Positions 59,446-64,000 of a stretch of 64,000 bases of DNA are shown piece by piece. The translations under genes were made by a program, and so were the position numbers. The notes beneath the pieces were generated by a model that had not been told where the DNA came from, did not search any database, and worked only from the letters and a program-made list of their open reading frames with translations. Position 1 is the first letter of the stretch. Each line of letters starts with the position of its first letter. The stretch comes from Amoebophrya sp. A120. Lineage: Eukaryota; Protista; Dinoflagellata. The stretch covers positions 9,435,412 through 9,499,411 of the forward strand of contig CAJINV010000002.1 in assembly GCA_905178155.1 (NCBI GenBank). Reading direction: 5' to 3'.

Positions 59446-62400
59446 TCACTGCCCCGGCTCTTTCCCCGTACAGAGGCGGTACACGAGGTCGCCGACTGTT
59501 CCCCCGTCTTGCTGCATCAGACTGGTGCCCACGAGGAAGCAGTCGATGAGCCCGCAGTCCGCTTTGGTCTGTACCATCTCGGAGTGTGCCTTGATCCCAC
59601 TGAAAGAGACCAGCTTCACGTCGACCTGCCCGTATTTCCCGGCCTGTTTTGTCTGTCCCAGGAAGGATCCCACCTTGGAGGTGGTCTTTAGATCGATTTG
59701 GAAGGTTTTCAAGTTCCGGTTGTTGACGCCAATGACGATTTTTTTCTGCTTCGCCTTTTCGCACGCCTCCAGCGCAAGTTGCATTTCCGCGACGTTGTTC
59801 ACTTCCAGAATCGGCTCTACCTTGTACTTTTCCACCGCTAGCTTGATCATCTCCGCGAGCGGCTTCTCGAAAAACCCGTTTTCGGCTGTGACGCCGTCAG
59901 CCGCAACCGCGAGGCTGACAATGAGCAAAACCGCGTCCGCGTTGTTTTCCCTCGCGCGGGCCAGCGAGCGCTCGGTCAGAAAGAAGTCCTTCATGAGCAC
60001 CGGCGGACGGGATTGCGGCGAAGTTGTAGCTTCTTTCTGTTTGGTACGTGCAGCGAGGTCGCCTAACGTTTGCTGCGCTTCCTGGGAGTACTTTTCTGCC
60101 CCGTTGAAGAAGCAGGGCTCGGTGAGGATTGAGACCGCGGGAAAGAAGTCAAACGAGTTGTTTGGCAAGCCCTCACAGTACCTCCGCAAGAACCTGCTCA
60201 CAGTCGTGCATCCGTCCTGGCGATCGTAGTGACCGATTTTCACGGACGGGGTTTGCAACTTCACTTCCGGAATGACGAAGAAGCTGCTGTCAGGTTTCTT
60301 ACGGCTGTCGATTCGAGAAAAGATCGATGCGACGTTTACTTCTTGTTGGCGCGAGGATAAATTTTCCTTAGTGCCGGAAGGAGCTGTCAACGATGGGTCT
60401 TTTGTTTTCTGCATGGAGATATTGACAGACGCATCAGAGATTTTATTTTCTATCTGATTCACGACCCCGAACGCTCTTTGCTCCACCTCGTCCCGAATGA
60501 GTGTGTATTTGCAGATGCGGTCGACCAGACCCGCGTCCTTGTGCTTCGCGCTGTGAGTCCCGACGAAGTTCGTGGCCCAGATGAATTTGTGCAGCAAAAA
60601 AAGCGGGTTTCCGTCTTGATCCTCCGGCTCCGTGGCCGGTCGGGGCTGCAGCAACGAGAGGCACTTTTCCGTGCAGGCCTTCAGCCAGGCTCTGGATTGG
60701 GCAGGCGAAAACGCCTGCAGTACGTGGGGGGCTCGGTCCAAAAACAAAACCAACGCCGCGTTCATGGCGGTAAAGTTGCGCAAGTTCTCGAAATGCTTCT
60801 TCTTCTTTTCCAGCAGTTTCGCCTCCCGCCGAAACAGCGTCAGCATATTGATCGCGTTTTCTCTTTTCTCGTTCACAGCATTTTGGTCTACTGCGGTTGT
60901 ACCAGCCGCAGTTGTTCCTCCAGCTCTCGGCTGTATTAAACCGGTCAGCGAGTACACTTCTTCCGCTGTGCTCCCCTTAACACCAAAGTCTTCGCAAGTG
61001 AGAGTCATCGGCTGTGGCAACCGCTTCTCCCCCTCGTCTTCCCGCGGGAACACCACCTGGACCGTTTGCTTCACGCCCGCTACCGGTGTGGCTTTGTCCA
61101 CCCCGTCGGTCGTGTGGATGACTATGAGCTTTTTCGGCAGAGTGGTCGAGCTGTGCTGTGCCCCCTTGGAAAACACGAGCGCGTAGGCCCGGGCGACCAA
61201 GCTGCTGTGCGCGCCCAACACGGACACCTCCAACTCGCAGGGGTTTACGATCGGGCCGAGGTAGTTGAACAGGGTCGGCGACTTCCTCCGCGCCGTTTTG
61301 GCGGCTCGCAGCTTGGAGTACTTCGCGCGCAGCGGTCCGAACTTCTTCAGGATCGGAAAGAACTGGCGGGCAAACACGAAGGAGAAGTTTTCCGTCTCGT
61401 GCAGCACTTTGTCCACGTTCTCGAAACTGTCGATCGCGGTCAAGTGGGCGCCCAGACTCTCCAGCAGGTCCGCCGCCCCGCTGCCCGCAGCCGTGGACGC
61501 TACGTTACCGTACTTCAGCATTTTGATCCCGAGGGAATCTTTACGGTCGAAGGCGGCGGCGGCGAGAATGCAGGCGGGCGTGGAGATGTTGTGCGGATTC
61601 AGGAGATCTCCCCCCGTCCCGACGATGCACCCCATGACGAAATCGCGATTCATGTTCTTCGTTTTGTCAAACTTGTAGTTGCTCTTCGCCACCTTTTTCG
61701 CTTCTTGCAGCAGAATCTCCCGGCAAACAAAGAGCAGGTCCGCGAGCTTCTGGGCGTACTGCTCAGTCTCCTCCGCCGTCCGAACTTCCTCGTATTCCAC
61801 GAACGTTTTGGAAAATTTTGTGAAGAAGGAAAAGATTTTCGCCTCCACGAGCGGATTTTCCGCGATCAGCTGCGGGTCCGAGTGAATCAGAAACGTTTCC
61901 GCGGCCTTGTAGAGCTGGTCAGTTGTGATTTCTCTTGTTTCAGCTTCTTCACCTAAATGAGCAAACTCATTCCCGGTTGCAGGAGTTCTTCCAGACGTGC
62001 AACTGATGAACTGCTCCATCAAGTCTATCGCGTCCACCAGTTCAAGCATGTGGGTTTGTTTGCTGATGGTTTGCTGGTCCTTGTCTCCGCGACCGGACAG
62101 ATTGATGATCAGGTGCTGACTGCTGTCCATACTTGCTGCCTTCTTCATCGCGCCGGCCACCGCGTGCGCGGTTTCCAGCGCGCACAGGATCCCCTCGGTT
62201 TTCGCGAGTTTCTGGTAGGCCCGCAAGGCTTCCAAATCCGAGATCGACATGTAGTTCGCGCGGCCGGTGACGGACAAGAAGCTGTGGATCGGCGACACGC
62301 CGGTGTAGTCCAGCCCGGCGGACACGGAGTGCGAGCTCCCGGACTGTCCCCCGTTGGTCTGCAGCATCAGGTTCGTCGAGCCGTGGAGGATCCCGACCGT

Positions 62401-64000
62401 GCCGTCGGGGCCGGAAATGGACGCGGAGTGGACTACTTTGTTGTCGTCGAGAAATTCGTTGTTCTCCTCCAGAAACCCGCCGGCTTCCACGCCGAGCAAC
62501 TCGACCCCCTCGTCCCCGACGAACGCGTCGAACATGCCGATGCAGTTGCTGCCCCCGCCGACGCAGCCGACCACGCAGTTGGGGAGCTTCTTCTCGCTGT
62601 CGAAGAACTGCTTCCGCGCCTCCCGCCCGATGCAGGCCTGGGCCTCCCGCACGATGTAGGGGAAGGGGGCGGGGCCGATGCAGGAGCCGATCACGTAATG
62701 CGTGGACTCAATGTTCGACGCCCAGTCCCGCATCGTTTGGTTGACCGCGTTCCGCAGGGTTTTCGACCCGATCTCCACGGGGACCACCTTCGCGCCCATG
62801 GACTCGATCTATGACAGTGCACAACCCCCCCTCCCCCTTATTTGTAATGCAAAATCCCAAATCCAGCTTGAGCTGCTGCTTCGTAGCGCTGTTTGCATGA
62901 CAAATCCTGGAAGCCCAAACAGCACTACACTACAGTCCAAATTTGTCATGCTTAACAGACATTCTTGCTCATGCTTGTATTGCTGTCCATGCCATACAAA
63001 TGCGGGGGAGGGGGAGTTGTGCACTGTCATACGATCCGCTGCACATTCAGCTGTTGCCGCCGCGCGTCCTTGCCGCCCATGTAGATCGTGCAGGGCAGGT
63101 TCATATGGATTGCAAAAATGTCTGGGTCTGGAAGGTTGGAACTTGTGATGCTACCTTTGGACTCTAAAAAATTCTATATTGCATGACCAGCAAGAGGAGT
63201 CCGGTTTGTGCTACGCGTGGAGGGCATTTGTCATGCGGAAGAGGCATCAGGAAGGCCTCTGAAAATCTGTGATGCTAGGGCTTCCATGACAGACATTCCG
63301 TGTCATGCAAAAACAGCATAACAAATTTCGGATTCTTCCAGACCCCGACATTTTTACATTTGATAGTTCAGGTACGCGCAGCACACCGCGGTGGCCACGC
63401 CGTGCTGCCCCGCGCCGGTCTCCGCGATGATCCGGGTCTTGCCCATGCGCTTGGCCAGAATCGTCTGGAAGATCGCGTTGTTGATCTTGTGCGCGCCGGT
63501 GTGCAGCAGGTCCTCGCGCTTCAGCCAGATCGTCGCGCCGTTGAGGCGGGCCTTGTCACTATCCCTGCCGGACCGCTGCACCAAGTGGCGGACAAACTTG
63601 GTCAGGTTTTCCGCCCTGTACAGGCCCGTCGGCCGCGCGGCGATCTTCTGGTAGAGAAAATCGATCTCCTTCCAGAACGAGGGCTGACTATACACCTTCA
63701 CGAACTCCCTCTGCAGCTGCTCGCACGCCCGGCGAATCAGCTGCGAAACCCAGGCGCCGCCGAAGAACCCGTAGAACATGGGGATCCTCTGTGGTTTGCA
63801 AATGCGGGTCAAGGCCCGGATGCGGAGTTGCGACTTCAAGTGTTTCTTGTGTTGCTCAATCGGTTCCGCAATTTCGTACGCTTTCAGCGAGACGCTGTAC
63901 GTGTCGATACTAGCAGCTGTCGTGGCTGCATTTGGACTCTGTCTCTGAGTGAAGCACTGCTCCGCGCCGGACGCGACGTCGAACGCGAGACTGCAGCCTG
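59446..64000 (-). CDS. trpB: Multifunctional tryptophan-synthesis protein: PRA isomerase C-terminus (TrpF) - tryptophan synthase beta (TrpB) - anthranilate phosphoribosyltransferase (TrpD) - IGP synthase (TrpC). 5' part lies outside the window; exons >64000-63366, 63098-63032, 62804-59446
   Basis: TrpF-like FDVASGAE...KS..RI. TrpB: LKREDLLHTGAHKINN, AETGAGQHGVATA, GGGSN, SAGLDY, ALETAHA, NLSGRGDKD. TrpD: GTGGD..NIST, KYGN, GAAD, FNYLGP. TrpC: EVK..PS, SILTE, MKDF, ADAVLLI, IGVNNRNL, LVGTSLM. Confidence 0.92.
62810..63031. mobile_element. Introner family D (222 bp) in TrpB
   Basis: TIR TATGACAGTGCACAAC(C/T)CCCCCTCCCCC and perfect DR CGATC. Removal restores NVQRI-ESMGAKV. Confidence 0.95.
63104..63365. 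mobile_element. Introner family A (262 bp) in TrpB
   Basis: TIR TAT....TG.AAAAATGTC.GGGTCTGGAAG and perfect DR GTTCA. Removal restores CAYLN-LPCTIYMG. Interior is related to 45484-45747. Confidence 0.95.

Noticed and set aside
59590-59620. IGP synthase SESGI motif reads SFSGI, suggesting inactivation
   Set aside because: Fungal IGPS enzymes also lack this Glu (ALSGI-type), and the other catalytic motifs are intact.

Overview
Eukaryotic, intron-containing, gene-dense DNA in which every recognisable host gene lies on the minus strand. Fused aromatic-amino-acid genes and repeat-bounded non-canonical introns suggest a parasitic dinoflagellate (Amoebophrya/Syndiniales-like); this assignment is inference. 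Recognisable content: GRWD1/Rrb1, a 54-aa membrane microprotein, a large multi-exon hypothetical gene, helical-repeat protein fragments, two diverged Cys-module proteins, a six-domain shikimate gene (AroC-AroB-AroA-AroK-AroD-AroE, about 2,520 aa), a structurally complete but decayed Ty1/copia element with 5-bp TSD, an 89/90-bp GC-rich satellite with a 179-bp dimer, an ionotropic glutamate receptor-like gene, and a fused TrpF-TrpB-TrpD-TrpC gene running off the right end. The main signal is 14 MITE-like inserts of 222-322 bp from at least five sequence families. They interrupt coding sequence and share one grammar: TAT...ATA termini, terminal inverted repeats, usually a 5-bp direct repeat, and internal TTGTNATGC-type boxes. 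They occur in both orientations within one gene, and several cannot be removed in frame by GT/GC-AG splicing. All coordinates and alignments were derived by eye.
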